Assembly: GCA_041565075.1 (NCBI GenBank)
Contig: JBFGOQ010000002.1
Span: 16,211-80,210, forward strand
Direction of reading: 5' to 3'
DNA: 64,000 bases
Origin: Gammaproteobacteria bacterium
Lineage (GTDB): Bacteria > Pseudomonadota > Gammaproteobacteria > Steroidobacterales > JABDLF01
Part shown: positions 1-10,723 of the stretch, piece by piece
How positions within the stretch are numbered: position 1 is the first letter of the stretch
Layout: each line of letters starts with the position of its first letter
Program-made: the position numbers and the translations under genes
The notes under the pieces: model-generated
Seen by the model: the letters and a program-made list of their open reading frames with translations, nothing else
Database searches by the model: none
What the model was told of the DNA's origin: nothing

Positions 1-1
1 G

Positions 2-367
2 AGCGCCGCCTTGCCACTGCTCTCCGCGCTCCTGGCTGCGGGCCCTGAGCTTACCTTGCGGGAATTGAGCTTTGGCACGCCTGACGGTGCGGTGTCTATA
101 ACTGCGCGACTCAGTTTTCCCGCCACGGAGCCGGCGGCCCTCGGGGCATTTATTCTGGGCCTGGATGGAACGGTGAACCTGCGCATGCCCGAAGCGCTTA
201 CCAATCGCCTCGCTGTGCTGAATCCCAATGCGCATGCACAGATTCAGGGATTGATCAGCGCCGGCCTGCTGATGCGCAGCGACGATTACCTTGTCATGGA
301 CGCCGCACTCAAGGGCGGCCTGCTGACAGTGAACGGCCAGCCAATGCCTGTGCCACTGGCGTTCTAG
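2..367 (+). CDS. C-terminal fragment of a YdgA/DUF945-like protein; the 5' end lies outside the window
   Basis: The reading frame is open to the left window edge. The tail ...GGLLTVNGQPMPVPLAF resembles DUF945-family C-termini. I recognised no other motif. Confidence 0.3.
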   Translation, partial: SAALPLLSALLAAGPELTLRELSFGTPDGAVSITARLSFPATEPAALGAFILGLDGTVNLRMPEALTNRLAVLNPNAHAQIQGLISAGLLMRSDDYLVMDAALKGGLLTVNGQPMPVPLAF

Positions 368-1365
368 GCCGGGAGCTTTGCGACCGGGATTTCTTCCAGG
401 CGGTGACATGCCACTTCGCTGTCGCCAAACGGGCGCATGAATGGCACGGATGCAGCACATTTTTTGGCGGCCCATGGGCAACGAGTGCGGAATGCGCAAC
501 CCGAGGGCGGATCGAGCGGTGACGGTACCTCACCGCTCAGTGCCTCGGGTTTGCGGCTACGCTGGCGCCTTGGGTCGGCCTCGGGCACTGCGGCAATAAG
601 GGCACGCGTGTAAGGGTGTAACGGCGTATCGAATAGCACGCTGGACTGCGCGTGCTCGACCGCGCGCCCCAGGTACATGACCATCACGCGATCGCTGATA
701 TGTCTGACCACACTCAGGTCGTGTGCGATAAATACCAGCGACAAGCCAAGCTGGTCACGCAGCGTGACCAGCAGGTTGATGATCTGGGCGCGAATCGAGA
801 CATCCAGCGCACTGACGGGCTCGTCACAAATAATTACGCGAGGCTCCAGCACCAGCGCTCGGGCGATGCCGATCCGCTGACATTGCCCACCAGAAAATTC
901 GTGTGGATAACGGTTCTGGTGTTCCTGGCTGAGGCCAACCTGTTGCATGGCCCTGTCGACTCTTGATTCCCGGTCTTTGCGCAGCATGTCCGGATAATGC
1001 GTGCGCAAGGGCTCAGCTATGATGTTGCGCACACTCATCCGTGGGTTAAGCGAGGCCAGCGGGTCCTGGAAAATCAGCTGCAGCTCGCGGCGACTGCGGC
1101 GCATAGTCTTTTTGTCTGTGTCGGAGAGCGGCTTCGACATGAACGTAATTACGCCGGAGCTTGCCGGCACCAGGCCCAGAATGGCGCGGGCCAGCGTCGA
1201 CTTGCCACAGCCAGACTCGCCCACCACACCCAGGGTCTCGCCCCGCGCAAGTTCGAAACTGACATCGTCGACTGCTCGCAGGCGCCTTGGCCGCGCCAGG
1301 AATCCCTTGCCCGGCAAGCGAAAATCCACCGTAAGTTCGTTCACTGAAAGCACCGGTTCGCTCAT
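364..1365 (-). CDS. Peptide ABC transporter ATP-binding protein (OppF/DppF type)
   Basis: Walker A GESGCGKST, ABC signature FSGGQCQRIGIARAL, Walker B VIICDEPVSALD, and a C-terminal Cys-containing oligopeptide-type tail (CAFRTRCPWA). The ATG at 1363-1365 ([11 protein letters not shown]) overlaps the upstream stop as ATGA. The track ORF extending to 1671 is an overlap artefact. Confidence 0.9.
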   Translation of the reverse strand: MSEPVLSVNELTVDFRLPGKGFLARPRRLRAVDDVSFELARGETLGVVGESGCGKSTLARAILGLVPASSGVITFMSKPLSDTDKKTMRRSRRELQLIFQDPLASLNPRMSVRNIIAEPLRTHYPDMLRKDRESRVDRAMQQVGLSQEHQNRYPHEFSGGQCQRIGIARALVLEPRVIICDEPVSALDVSIRAQIINLLVTLRDQLGLSLVFIAHDLSVVRHISDRVMVMYLGRAVEHAQSSVLFDTPLHPYTRALIAAVPEADPRRQRSRKPEALSGEVPSPLDPPSGCAFRTRCPWAAKKCAASVPFMRPFGDSEVACHRLEEIPVAKLPA

Positions 1366-2324
1366 GTGGCGCTCTCCAGGTGACAGGCACTTTCGTGCGC
1401 TGCGCCGACTTTGTGCCTTGCAGGTCTTTCGAGCCTGCAGATATCGAAGCGCTGCCCGCAGCGTTCGAAAAAGGGACAACCGCGTGGCAACAACCGCAGG
1501 TCGGGCGGATTGCCCGGGATCACTTTGAGTTGTCCCACCGCGGCTCCTTGCGATGAGGGTATCGAGCTTAGCAAGCTGCGGGTGTATGGGTGCCGGGGTG
1601 TGTAAAAGATCGCGTCGACCGGCCCATGCTCCATAACCTGGCCGCCATACATCACCAGAACATCGTGGCAACTTCCGGCCACCACGCCCAGATCATGGGT
1701 AATCAGAATGATCGCTGTGCCAAATTGCGCCTGCAGTTCCGTTAGCAAGTCGAGAATTTGCGCCTGGACCGTGACATCCAGCGCAGTGGTCGGTTCGTCA
1801 GCAATCAGCAGATCGGGATCGCATAACAGCGCCATCGCGATCATGACGCGCTGGCGCATACCGCCGGAGAGCTCGTGAGGATAGCGCGCAAGCCGCGTGG
1901 CCGGGTCGGAAATATGTACTGCGTCAAGCATCTCGAGACAGCGCTGCTCTGCGCCGGCTCGTCCCATGCCCTGGTGCAGGCGCAAAACCTCGCTCATTTG
2001 CTCGCCGATGCTGAGGTAAGGGTTTAAGGATGTCATGGGGTCCTGGAAAACCATGGCCATGCGGCGTCCGCGCAACCGGTTGAGCCGCGACACCGGCAAG
2101 TTGAGAATCTCTTCGCCGTCAAGACAAACGCTGCCCTTTGCGCTGCCGTTATCCGCCAGCAAGCCCATTATCGCCAGGACACTCTGGCTCTTGCCCGAAC
2201 CTGATTCACCAACGATGCCGAGAGTGCGGCCTTTTTGCAATGAGAAATCCAGGCCATTGACGGCGTGCACAGGTCCGTCCGGAGTGTCGAAGCGAACATG
2301 CAGATTCTGTGCCTGCAACAGCAT
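1362..2324 (-). CDS. Peptide ABC transporter ATP-binding protein (OppD/DppD type)
   Basis: Walker [10 protein letters not shown], signature [15 protein letters not shown], Walker [13 protein letters not shown], and C-terminal CPFFERC. The start is set at [12 protein letters not shown], one nt after the upstream stop. Alternative in-frame starts exist at 2351 and 2363. Confidence 0.88.
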   Translation of the reverse strand: MLLQAQNLHVRFDTPDGPVHAVNGLDFSLQKGRTLGIVGESGSGKSQSVLAIMGLLADNGSAKGSVCLDGEEILNLPVSRLNRLRGRRMAMVFQDPMTSLNPYLSIGEQMSEVLRLHQGMGRAGAEQRCLEMLDAVHISDPATRLARYPHELSGGMRQRVMIAMALLCDPDLLIADEPTTALDVTVQAQILDLLTELQAQFGTAIILITHDLGVVAGSCHDVLVMYGGQVMEHGPVDAIFYTPRHPYTRSLLSSIPSSQGAAVGQLKVIPGNPPDLRLLPRGCPFFERCGQRFDICRLERPARHKVGAAHESACHLESAT

Positions 2325-2325
2325 G

Positions 2326-3216
2326 TCATCGATCCCTCGGGTCCAGCGCATCACGCAAGCCATCGCCGATGAAGTTAAAACAGAACAAAGTGGTGGCGAG
2401 GAACCCTGCAGGAAACACCAGCATCCAGGGCGCGCTTTCCAGTTCCTGTGCGCCTTCGTTTACCAACGCGCCCCAGGAAGTCAGCGGCTCCTGCACGCCC
2501 AGCCCCAGAAAGCTCAGGAACGACTCCACCAGGATAACGCGCGGGATAGTAAGCGTAACGTACACCGTCACGACGCCGAGCAGATTGGGCACGATGTGCC
2601 GGCGAATGATGCTTAAGGAAGAAGCGCCGAAGGAGCGCGCCGCCTCCACGAACTCGCGATGTTTGAGACTGAGCGTCTGGCCGCGCACGATGCGCGCCAT
2701 ATCCAGCCAGGATATCGCACCAATGGCAACGAAGATCAGGAACAGGTTGCGCCCAAACACGACCATCAGAAGAATGACGAAAAACATAAATGGCATCGCA
2801 TAAAGAATATCGACGATGCGCATCATGAAGCCATCCACGCGCCCACCAATATAGCCCGCCGTCGCGCCATAGGTGACGCCGATCACCAGGCTGACCAGCG
2901 TTGAGAGCAGACCAACCATGAGAGATACCTGGCCGCCATGCAGGGTGCGCACGAACAAGTCTCGCCCTACTGAATCGGTGCCAAACAAGTGGCCATCAGC
3001 CAGGGAAGGAGGCTGGGAGATATGCCCGAAATCTGCATAGTCGAAAGCATGCGGGCTCAGCGCCGGCCCCAGGATTACCAGAACGGCCATCAGCACAAGG
3101 ATAGTCGCGCTTGCCAACGCTGCATGGTTGCGCAATATCCGTGTCGTTGCATCGCGCCACAGGCTGCGCCCGATCACGGTTGCAGACCGGGAAACAGGCT
3201 GGGCCGCGCTGCTCAC
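2326..3216 (-). CDS. Peptide ABC transporter permease (OppC/DppC type)
   Basis: Multi-TM protein with a binding-protein-dependent transport EAA-type loop (EFVEAARSFGASSLSIIRRHIVPN). It overlaps the upstream gene by 4 bp. Confidence 0.88.
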   Translation of the reverse strand: MSSAAQPVSRSATVIGRSLWRDATTRILRNHAALASATILVLMAVLVILGPALSPHAFDYADFGHISQPPSLADGHLFGTDSVGRDLFVRTLHGGQVSLMVGLLSTLVSLVIGVTYGATAGYIGGRVDGFMMRIVDILYAMPFMFFVILLMVVFGRNLFLIFVAIGAISWLDMARIVRGQTLSLKHREFVEAARSFGASSLSIIRRHIVPNLLGVVTVYVTLTIPRVILVESFLSFLGLGVQEPLTSWGALVNEGAQELESAPWMLVFPAGFLATTLFCFNFIGDGLRDALDPRDR

Positions 3217-4142
3217 TTGTGGCGTACCCGCGGATCGAGCGCCGCGTAGGCGAGATCCACCAACAAATTGAACAGCACGATAAGAACACCAAAGAACACA
3301 ACTACGCCCATGACCAGCGTGTAATCACGGTTCAAAGCCCCTTGCACGAAATAGCGCCCCAGCCCGGGCAAACCAAAAATCTGCTCAATGACGACAGACC
3401 CGGTAATGATCCCGGCGGTTGCAGGACCCAGGTATGACACAACCGGCAGCAGCGCGGGTTTCAGCGCATGCCGCAAGACCAGCCTGCGCGTGGGCAAGCC
3501 CTTGGCGCGCGCGGTGCGGATAAAATCGCTGCGCAACACTTCGATCATGCTGCCGCGAGTCAGCCGCGCTATGTAGGCGACCTGTGGCAGGGCCAGGGTG
3601 ATAACTGGCAGGATCATGTTGGCAATTTGCAGCGACTCGCCGCCCAGTCCGCCCGCCGGCAACCATCCCAGGTAAACCGCAAACAGCAGGATCAGCAGCG
3701 GCGCCATGACGAAATTTGGAATGGATATCCCGGTCATCGCGAGGACCATGGTCCCGTGATCAATGAAACTGTTCTGCCTGAGCGCCGCTATAACGCCGGC
3801 GCTTATGCCAATCAGCAGCGCCAGCAGAATCGCGCTGCCACCGAGGCGCAGGGACACAGGAAAGCCGGCGGCAATGAGTTCGCTTACGGTGAAATCGCGG
3901 TATTGAAAAGACGGCCCGAAATCGCCGCGCGCGAGGTTGCCAACGTAACGCGCAAACTGCTGCAATACGGGCTCATCCAGATGATACGCGCGCTCTAGAT
4001 TGGCCTCGATCTCGGGGGGCAGGTTGCGCTCGCTATCGAAAGGGCCGCCGGGCGCAGCGCGCACCAGGACGAATGTCAGGGCAATTAACAAAAACAGTGT
4101 CGGGACCGCGCCGAGGATGCGACGCAAGGTGTAACTTAACAC
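3213..4142 (-). CDS. Peptide ABC transporter permease (OppB/DppB type)
   Basis: N-terminus MLSYTLRRILGAVPTLF and the loop FIRTARAKGLPTRRLVLRHALKPAL are typical of OppB/DppB. GTG start. Confidence 0.88.
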   Translation of the reverse strand: MLSYTLRRILGAVPTLFLLIALTFVLVRAAPGGPFDSERNLPPEIEANLERAYHLDEPVLQQFARYVGNLARGDFGPSFQYRDFTVSELIAAGFPVSLRLGGSAILLALLIGISAGVIAALRQNSFIDHGTMVLAMTGISIPNFVMAPLLILLFAVYLGWLPAGGLGGESLQIANMILPVITLALPQVAYIARLTRGSMIEVLRSDFIRTARAKGLPTRRLVLRHALKPALLPVVSYLGPATAGIITGSVVIEQIFGLPGLGRYFVQGALNRDYTLVMGVVVFFGVLIVLFNLLVDLAYAALDPRVRHK

Positions 4143-4212
4143 TGACGAACCCCCGCGTTACACATGGCGTAGGCGATCATAACACCGCGCCAGGAACGCG
4201 CCGTTCGTGCAG

Positions 4213-5850
4213 CTATTCTTTTTCTATACGATAGTAACGGGACTGGTCGCGGTTCATGATGTTGGGCACGTAGCCCTTGACCCAGGGCTTGACCAGATGC
4301 TTGGTGACATAAAAATACAGCGGCATCACCGGATAGTCTTCGATCATTTCGCGCTCCGCCGTCCTTAACAGTTCCTGGCGCTTGTGTGTATCGGTCTCGG
4401 CCGCAGCGGCTTCGAGCAATTGATCGAACTCCTCACTCGCATAGGCGGCATCGTTCTGGCCGTGCTCGCTATGCATGATCTCGAGAAATGTGTTGGCATC
4501 GTTATAGTCGCCCACCCAACTGAAGCGAAACACTTCCCATGCTTCGCGGTTGCGACGAGTCTGCAGGAAGACCTTCCATTCTTCGTTCACCAGCGTGGTT
4601 TCCACGCCCAGCGCCTGCTTCCACATTGCCGCGATTGCCACAGCAATTTTCTTGTGATTCTCGCTGGTGTTGTATCGAATCTCGGTCTTGAGCGGCGCGT
4701 CGCGCGAATATCCTGCGCGTTCGTAAAGTGTCCGGGCTTCAGCAAGACGTCGCTGGTCGTCCCAGTCACGCCACTCATAGGCCTGTTCCTGATGGCCAGC
4801 TACGCCGGGCGGTATAAACCCATAAGCCGCAACCTCACCGACGCCGGTCACTTTTTCGACCAGGGTCTTGCGGTCGACCGCCATACTGAGCGCCTTGCGC
4901 AGCATGGGCCTGTCCTTGAAAGGTGCCTTGCTGAGATTAAAAATGTAGTAATAAACACTCAGGTACGGCGCGGTTTTCAGTTCGTCGCCGAGATGCTCGC
5001 GTATCCAACGCAACTGGGTGGTTGGAATCACAAATGTGTAGTCCAGTTCGTTGGCGCGGTAGCGCTTCAGTTCGGCGTTGCGATCTTCGGTGTTGAAATA
5101 GTAAACCGTCGCGATTGCGACCTGGTCCTGCTCACGATAGTGTGGGTTGCGCACAAGTTTGACGTGGGACTGGGCAACAAATTCATCCAGGACGTAGGGT
5201 CCGTTGCTGACCAGATTACCGGGACGCGTGAAACGCTCACCATGCTTTTCCAGGCTGGGGCGATGTACCGGAAACGCCGAAGTATGAGTCAACATGCCGA
5301 GCAGGTATGGTGTCGGCGTTTCCAGCGTGATGCGCAGGGTGTAACGATCCAGCGCCTCGACCCCCAGCGCAGCCGGTGGCTCTGTACCGGCTATTACGGC
5401 ACTTGCGTTGCGTATCGGTTTGAGAAGCTGTGCATAAGCCGAGGCGGTGGCCGGGCTGACGCTGCGCCGCAACCCGAAAGCATAGTCTTCGGCGACTACC
5501 GGATCGCCGTTTGACCAGCGCGCATCTTCATGCAGATAAAATGTATACACCAGCCCGTCGCTGCTGATATCCCATTCCCTGGCGCCACCCGGGCGTAACT
5601 CGGCATTGACGGTCTCACCCACCAGGCCTTCATAAAGATCGCGCAGAATTGCCCCGGAACTTGTTCCTTCAGAGCGGTGCGGATCCAGCGAATCGGGGTC
5701 CCCGCCGTTACCACGCCGCAACACATTACCTGCTTGCTGAGCTGTCGCGGTGGTGCCCGCAGCAATCGGCGCCTCACCGCCCTGATCGCAGGCGCTCACC
5801 ACCAGCAGACACGCAAACCCCTGCCACCACGCTAAGCGACGTAATGCCAT
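4213..5850 (-). CDS. Peptide ABC transporter substrate-binding protein (family 5, OppA-like), predicted lipoprotein
   Basis: At 545 aa it has the size and overall look of a family-5 SBP. The signal peptide ends in a lipobox-like LVVSAC. It is the first gene of the five-gene transporter operon. Confidence 0.85.
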   Translation of the reverse strand: MALRRLAWWQGFACLLVVSACDQGGEAPIAAGTTATAQQAGNVLRRGNGGDPDSLDPHRSEGTSSGAILRDLYEGLVGETVNAELRPGGAREWDISSDGLVYTFYLHEDARWSNGDPVVAEDYAFGLRRSVSPATASAYAQLLKPIRNASAVIAGTEPPAALGVEALDRYTLRITLETPTPYLLGMLTHTSAFPVHRPSLEKHGERFTRPGNLVSNGPYVLDEFVAQSHVKLVRNPHYREQDQVAIATVYYFNTEDRNAELKRYRANELDYTFVIPTTQLRWIREHLGDELKTAPYLSVYYYIFNLSKAPFKDRPMLRKALSMAVDRKTLVEKVTGVGEVAAYGFIPPGVAGHQEQAYEWRDWDDQRRLAEARTLYERAGYSRDAPLKTEIRYNTSENHKKIAVAIAAMWKQALGVETTLVNEEWKVFLQTRRNREAWEVFRFSWVGDYNDANTFLEIMHSEHGQNDAAYASEEFDQLLEAAAAETDTHKRQELLRTAEREMIEDYPVMPLYFYVTKHLVKPWVKGYVPNIMNRDQSRYYRIEKE

Positions 5851-5852
5851 AT

Positions 5853-7778
5853 TCAGGAAGCGATTCGCCGCGGTCGGCGTTTCTTCAGGTGCACCAGCAA
5901 CAGCGAAATCGCGGCGGGCGTTATGCCGGGAATGCGCGCTGCCTGGCCAATGGTTTCGGGTCGCCGCTCGTCGAGTTTCTGGCGGACTTCCGCGGACAAA
6001 CCGCGCACCGCCTCATAGTCGATGTCAGCGGGCAGTGACAGCTCTTCATTGCGCCGGTTTCGGGCAATCTCTTTGCCCTGCCGGTCAATATAGCCTGCGT
6101 AGCGCGCCTCAATTTCGACCTGGCGGGTGATGGACATAGTGACAGTGTCACGCAGCGGCCCATCAACAGGCCCTTGGCAGACGTAGGCGCCAACCTTTGG
6201 AATCCCGGTAAGCGCCTGGTAATCCACGCCCGGACGCTTGAGCAATTCCAGCGCACTCATTTCCCTTGAAAGCCCGCCGTCAAATACTTCGCGGGCCACA
6301 GCATCAGGTATGTCCGATGGCCGCAGCACCAGCTTCGCCAGCCGCCGCGATTCTTCGCTTACCGACCGCCTGCGAAGCTCGAACAGCTGCCAGCGATGAT
6401 CGTCCACGAGACCGAGTTTGCGGCCTCTTTCGGTGAGCCGCAGATCCGCGTTGTCTTCGCGCAGGCTGAGCCGATACTCGGCCCGGCTGGTAAACATGCG
6501 ATAGGGCTCGCTGGTGCCACGGCTTATCAGGTCATCGATCAACACACCGATATAAGCTTCATCCCGGCGTGGCCACCAGGGTGCCTTGTCCTGTGTTGCC
6601 AAGGCGGCATTCAGGCCGGCGAGCAGGCCCTGGGCAGCGGCCTCTTCATAACCGGTAGTGCCATTTATCTGACCGGCGAAATAAAGCCCGGCGACAAATT
6701 TCGATTGCAGTGAATAACGCAGGTCCCTGGGGTCGAAGAAGTCATATTCGATAGCGTAACCGGCACGGGTGATGTGGGCCTGCTCGAACCCCTCGATGCT
6801 GCGCACGAAGGCGAGCTGAACCTCGAAGGGCAGGCTGGTGGATATGCCGTTTGGATAAAGCTCACGGCTATCGAGCCCCTCGGGCTCGACGAAAATCTGG
6901 TGCGAGGCCTTGTCGGCGAAGCGCACAATCTTGTCTTCTACCGAAGGGCAGTAACGCGGCCCGACGCCGTCAATCGCCCCGGTATACATCGGCGAGCGAT
7001 GCAATGCCTCGCGAATGATGTCGTGGGTGCGTTCGTTGGTATGGGTAATGTGGCAAGGCACCTGGCGTGGGTGCTGGCCGGGATGACCAATGAACGAGAA
7101 CACCGGCCGCGGGTCATCGCCGGGTTGGGTTGCGAGCTTGCCGAAGTTTACGGTGCGCCCGTCGATACGTGGCGGTGTGCCTGTCTTTAAACGCCTTACG
7201 CGAAACGGCATATCACGCATGCGGCTTGCCAGGCGATTCGACGCAGGGTCGCCGGCGCGCCCGCCCGCCGAAGTCTCCTCCCCCACGTGAATGCGGCCGC
7301 CCAGAAAGGTGCCTACCGTCAGCACCACCGCGGATGCAGCAAAGCGCAGTCCGGCACTGGTCACGACCTCGGTAATCCGCTGACCTTTTATAACCAGATC
7401 GTCGACGGCGCCCTGGAAAAGCGTCAGGCCCGGCTGGGCATCAACCATGCGACGGATGGCCTGGCGATACAGCACTCGGTCCGCCTGCGCACGGGTCGCT
7501 CTGACTGCCGGGCCCTTGCGGGCGTTCAGCGTCCGAAACTGGATCCCGGCGTGATCCGCCGCCCGCGCCATGGCGCCGCCCAGCGCGTCGATCTCTCTCA
7601 CCAGGTGGCCCTTGCCGATGCCGCCAATCGCGGGATTACAGCTCATCTGCCCGATAGTTTCGAGGTTGTGGGTCAGCAGCAAAGTGCGCGCGCCCGCCCG
7701 CGCGGACGCAAGTGCAGCTTCGGTTCCGGCGTGTCCGCCGCCGACCACGATCACATCAAATCGGGCTGGGTATCGCAT
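5853..7778 (-). CDS. mnmG: tRNA uridine 5-carboxymethylaminomethyl modification enzyme MnmG (GidA)
   Basis: N-terminal FAD fold [16 protein letters not shown] and full-length resemblance to GidA. The start is set at MRYPARFDV (ATG 7776-7778), with an alternative ATG at 7788-7790. The track start at 7865 is probably too long. Confidence 0.95.
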   Translation of the reverse strand: MRYPARFDVIVVGGGHAGTEAALASARAGARTLLLTHNLETIGQMSCNPAIGGIGKGHLVREIDALGGAMARAADHAGIQFRTLNARKGPAVRATRAQADRVLYRQAIRRMVDAQPGLTLFQGAVDDLVIKGQRITEVVTSAGLRFAASAVVLTVGTFLGGRIHVGEETSAGGRAGDPASNRLASRMRDMPFRVRRLKTGTPPRIDGRTVNFGKLATQPGDDPRPVFSFIGHPGQHPRQVPCHITHTNERTHDIIREALHRSPMYTGAIDGVGPRYCPSVEDKIVRFADKASHQIFVEPEGLDSRELYPNGISTSLPFEVQLAFVRSIEGFEQAHITRAGYAIEYDFFDPRDLRYSLQSKFVAGLYFAGQINGTTGYEEAAAQGLLAGLNAALATQDKAPWWPRRDEAYIGVLIDDLISRGTSEPYRMFTSRAEYRLSLREDNADLRLTERGRKLGLVDDHRWQLFELRRRSVSEESRRLAKLVLRPSDIPDAVAREVFDGGLSREMSALELLKRPGVDYQALTGIPKVGAYVCQGPVDGPLRDTVTMSITRQVEIEARYAGYIDRQGKEIARNRRNEELSLPADIDYEAVRGLSAEVRQKLDERRPETIGQAARIPGITPAAISLLLVHLKKRRPRRIAS

Positions 7779-7988
7779 GGATGCTTTCATCTGCAGGCTG
7801 TGAGGGGCGGCCATTTTATTAGGGTGGCGAAAAAATGACCAGCGCCTCGACCCTTGCTCCGACACCGTGCGCGGGCCGCACAGCTACAATATTTTGCATT
7901 CCCGGCCATGCAATCACTCCTATTAATGCGTAAAATCCTGCCCACTTTTTAGTGACTCCAGCACAACGACCAATTGGGGAAAACGACA

Positions 7989-8396
7989 ATGGCTAAGAAA
8001 ATTGAAGACATCGAGGGTATCGGGCCGTCATATGGGGCCAAACTGAGGGCAGCGGGATGCCGCAGCGTGGGACAGCTCCTGGAAATGGGCTGCACCAAGG
8101 GCGGCCGCGCAAAAATCGCCGAGAAGACCGGCTTGAGTGAAGGCAATATTCTCAAGTGGGTGAACCATGCAGACCTGTTTCGCGTGAAGGGTATTGCCAG
8201 CCAGTATGCCGAGTTGCTGGAGTGCGCGGGTGTGGACACGGTCAAGGAGTTGCGCAATCGCAACGCCGATAACCTGGCCGAAGCAATGGCCACGATCAAC
8301 AAGTCCAAGCGCCTGGTGCGTAACGTGCCCAGCGCCAAGGTGGTGTCGGGCTGGGTTGCGCAAGCCAAAGTGCTGCAACCAAAAGTGACCCACTGA
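7989..8396 (+). CDS. DUF4332 domain protein (helix-hairpin-helix-like small protein)
   Basis: MAKKIEDIEGIGPSYGAKLRAAG... and a second VKGIASQYAELLECAGVDTVKEL repeat match the DUF4332 pattern. It is followed by a strong terminator. Confidence 0.7.
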   Translation: MAKKIEDIEGIGPSYGAKLRAAGCRSVGQLLEMGCTKGGRAKIAEKTGLSEGNILKWVNHADLFRVKGIASQYAELLECAGVDTVKELRNRNADNLAEAMATINKSKRLVRNVPSAKVVSGWVAQAKVLQPKVTH

Positions 8397-8414
8397 AGCA
8401 AGTTACGCTTTGCA

Positions 8415-8444
8415 GCAAAAGGCCGCCTCCGGGCGGCCTTTTGC
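8415..8444 (+). terminator. Rho-independent terminator after the DUF4332 gene
   Basis: GCAAAAGGCCGCC-TCCG-GGCGGCCTTTTGC forms a GC-rich perfect stem followed by a T run. Confidence 0.75.
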
Positions 8445-8483
8445 GTTGCCCCAGCTCTGTGCCGACTCTATGATTGCAAACCC

Positions 8484-9995
8484 ATGCCCCTCCCTCGCGT
8501 GCAAATCCCTGTAAGCCGGCTTTTGTTGCTTGTTGCGCTTGGCATGGCGATGCTCGCCTTTTTCTTCCCGCGTGCGTCCGCAGTGCCGGGGGCGCCTGCG
8601 GGCATTGAGCTTGTTGATTGTGAGATTGTCGGTAGCGGTGGTTACGCGACCCTCGCAGCCAAATGTGGCCGCCTGCAGGTGCCGGAAGACCCTGCCAGGC
8701 CAGAGGGCCGCAGCATCGAGCTTTTCGTGGCTGTCATTGCCTCACAAAGTCGCATCCCGGCAAGCGACGCTTTTACCTTCCTGGCCGGAGGTCCCGGGCA
8801 AGCGGCTACAACGTCGTTCGTTGACCTGCATCAAGCCTTCGAAAGGATTCGCAAGGATCGGGACATCGTGCTGGTCGACCAGCGCGGTACCGGCCGCTCG
8901 GCACCGCTGGACTGCGAACAGGACGAGACCATGATTGGCGTATCACCGTCGCAGGAAAAGGTGCTTCAGGCCATCCGCGAATGTCTCGCCAGCCTCGACG
9001 CAGATCCCCGCCAATACACCACCAGTGTGGCTGTCGATGACCTGGAACGCGTGCGCAAAGCGCTGGGGTATTCACAGTTTAGTGTTTATGGTGGCAGTTA
9101 CGGCACCCGCGTGGGCCTGCATTACCTGCGCAAGTACCCGGACAGCACTCGCACCTTGATTCTCGATGGCGTTGTACCGGCCGACATGAACCTCGGCCCC
9201 GGCATCGCGTTAACAGCCCAGCAGGCGCTGCAAAATGTCTTCGCCCGTTGCGCAGGCGAAGCAAGCTGCGCGGATCGATTCGGCGACGTGAGGGAACATT
9301 TTCAGCACTTGAGCGAAACCCTGCGGGGGAGCGCCATGTCTGTCCGGCTTGCCGACCCGGTGTCCGGCGCACTGCGCGATATATCGTTCGATTACTATCG
9401 CTTCGCCATCGCGATTCGCCTGTTGAGCTATGCCCCAGAGAGCGTGGCGCTCATGCCGCTGCTGCTGTACGAAGCGGCCAGCAAAGATCATGTTGGCCCG
9501 TTGGCAGCCCAGGCGGTGATGATCGAAGCCAACCTGTCGGCGGCGCTGAGTTTCGGAATGCACAACTCAATTGTCTGCACCGAAGATGTGCCATTTTACG
9601 ATGCCGCAAAAATCGACTTGTCCGCACTGCAGAAAACCTACCTGGGTGAGAGCCAGCTCGAATTGCTGCAAAGCATTTGCGAATTCTGGCCGGCCGGAAA
9701 GATAGACGACGATTTCAAGGACCCCGTTGTCTCTGATCTTCCTGTTTTGCTTTTGTCGGGCGGTGCAGATCCCGTTACGCCACCGGCGTACGCCGAGCGT
9801 GCCGCGCAAACGCTGGCCGCACATGTCCACCTGGTCGGCAGGGATATGGGGCATATTCTGGCGCATGTCGGGTGCGTGCCGCGGCTGATGGCCCGCTATG
9901 TGCGCGAGGCCAGCCTCGAAAATATTGATGCTGCTTGTGTAAAAGAAGCCGGACCCATGCCCTTTTTTACCTCTTTCAATGGGCCACAGCCATGA
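8484..9995 (+). CDS. Secreted alpha/beta hydrolase, S33 TAP-like (tripeptidyl/prolyl aminopeptidase family)
   Basis: N-terminal signal peptide, nucleophile elbow VYGGSYGT, and a C-terminal TAP-like CEFWP motif. Confidence 0.75.
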   Translation: MPLPRVQIPVSRLLLLVALGMAMLAFFFPRASAVPGAPAGIELVDCEIVGSGGYATLAAKCGRLQVPEDPARPEGRSIELFVAVIASQSRIPASDAFTFLAGGPGQAATTSFVDLHQAFERIRKDRDIVLVDQRGTGRSAPLDCEQDETMIGVSPSQEKVLQAIRECLASLDADPRQYTTSVAVDDLERVRKALGYSQFSVYGGSYGTRVGLHYLRKYPDSTRTLILDGVVPADMNLGPGIALTAQQALQNVFARCAGEASCADRFGDVREHFQHLSETLRGSAMSVRLADPVSGALRDISFDYYRFAIAIRLLSYAPESVALMPLLLYEAASKDHVGPLAAQAVMIEANLSAALSFGMHNSIVCTEDVPFYDAAKIDLSALQKTYLGESQLELLQSICEFWPAGKIDDDFKDPVVSDLPVLLLSGGADPVTPPAYAERAAQTLAAHVHLVGRDMGHILAHVGCVPRLMARYVREASLENIDAACVKEAGPMPFFTSFNGPQP

Positions 9996-10723
9996 TCGAG
10001 GTTAACGACATCCACAAGTCCTTTGGCAGCGTGCATGCGCTCAAGGGGGTTTCCTTTACTGCGCCGGATGCACGTATCACGGGCTTGCTCGGCCCCAATG
10101 GCGCGGGCAAATCCACGACCTTGCGGGTGCTGTATACCTTGATGGTGCCTGACCGTGGCAGCGCCACGGTCGACGGTCATGACGTCGTAAGCGAAGCGCT
10201 GGAGGTGCGCGGACGCATGGGGGTGCTGCCGCATAATGCGGGCCTGTATCCGCGCCTGACGGCGCAGGAGAATATCGAATTTTTCGGGCGCATGAATGGC
10301 TTGCGCGGCGAGCTGCTAAGGCGCAATACCAACCGGGTCATTGACATGCTGGAAATCGGTGGCTTTGCGAAACGGCGCGCCAAGGGATTCTCCCAGGGAC
10401 AGCGCATCAAGGTCGCCCTGGCCCGCGCCATGGTCCACGAGCCGCGCAATATCCTGCTGGACGAGCCTACCAATGGGCTGGATGTCATGGCGACGCGAGC
10501 TCTACGCGCGTTGATCAGACGATTGCGTGATGAGGGCAAATGCGTTTTGTTTTCCAGCCACGTTATGCAGGAAGTCGCGGCTCTTTGCGATGAGATCGTA
10601 ATCATCGGCAAGGGTCGGGTTGTGGCTGCTGGCACGCCCGACCAGATTCGTGCCGATGCCGGCAAAGACAATCTCGAAGATGCCTTCGTCAAGGCGATCG
10701 GCAGCGAAGAGGGGCTGGAATGA
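9992..10723 (+). CDS. ABC transporter ATP-binding protein (NatA-like, ABC-2 type)
   Basis: Walker A GPNGAGKST, signature FSQGQRIKVALARAM, Walker B ILLDEPTNGLD. The ATG at 9992 overlaps the hydrolase stop as ATGA. Confidence 0.88.
   Translation: MIEVNDIHKSFGSVHALKGVSFTAPDARITGLLGPNGAGKSTTLRVLYTLMVPDRGSATVDGHDVVSEALEVRGRMGVLPHNAGLYPRLTAQENIEFFGRMNGLRGELLRRNTNRVIDMLEIGGFAKRRAKGFSQGQRIKVALARAMVHEPRNILLDEPTNGLDVMATRALRALIRRLRDEGKCVLFSSHVMQEVAALCDEIVIIGKGRVVAAGTPDQIRADAGKDNLEDAFVKAIGSEEGLE

Noticed and set aside
902-910. A perfect DnaA box, TGTGGATAA, inside the OppF-like gene
   Set aside because: It is isolated, lies inside coding sequence, and has no neighbouring boxes or AT-rich tract. About one chance occurrence of a 9-mer is expected when both strands of 64 kb are searched.
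7895-7914. The inverted repeat TTGCAT-N8-ATGCAA upstream of mnmG and the DUF4332 gene, considered as an origin or operator element
   Set aside because: It has only 6-bp arms. There is no DnaA box or AT-rich tract in this spacer, so it is too weak to call.
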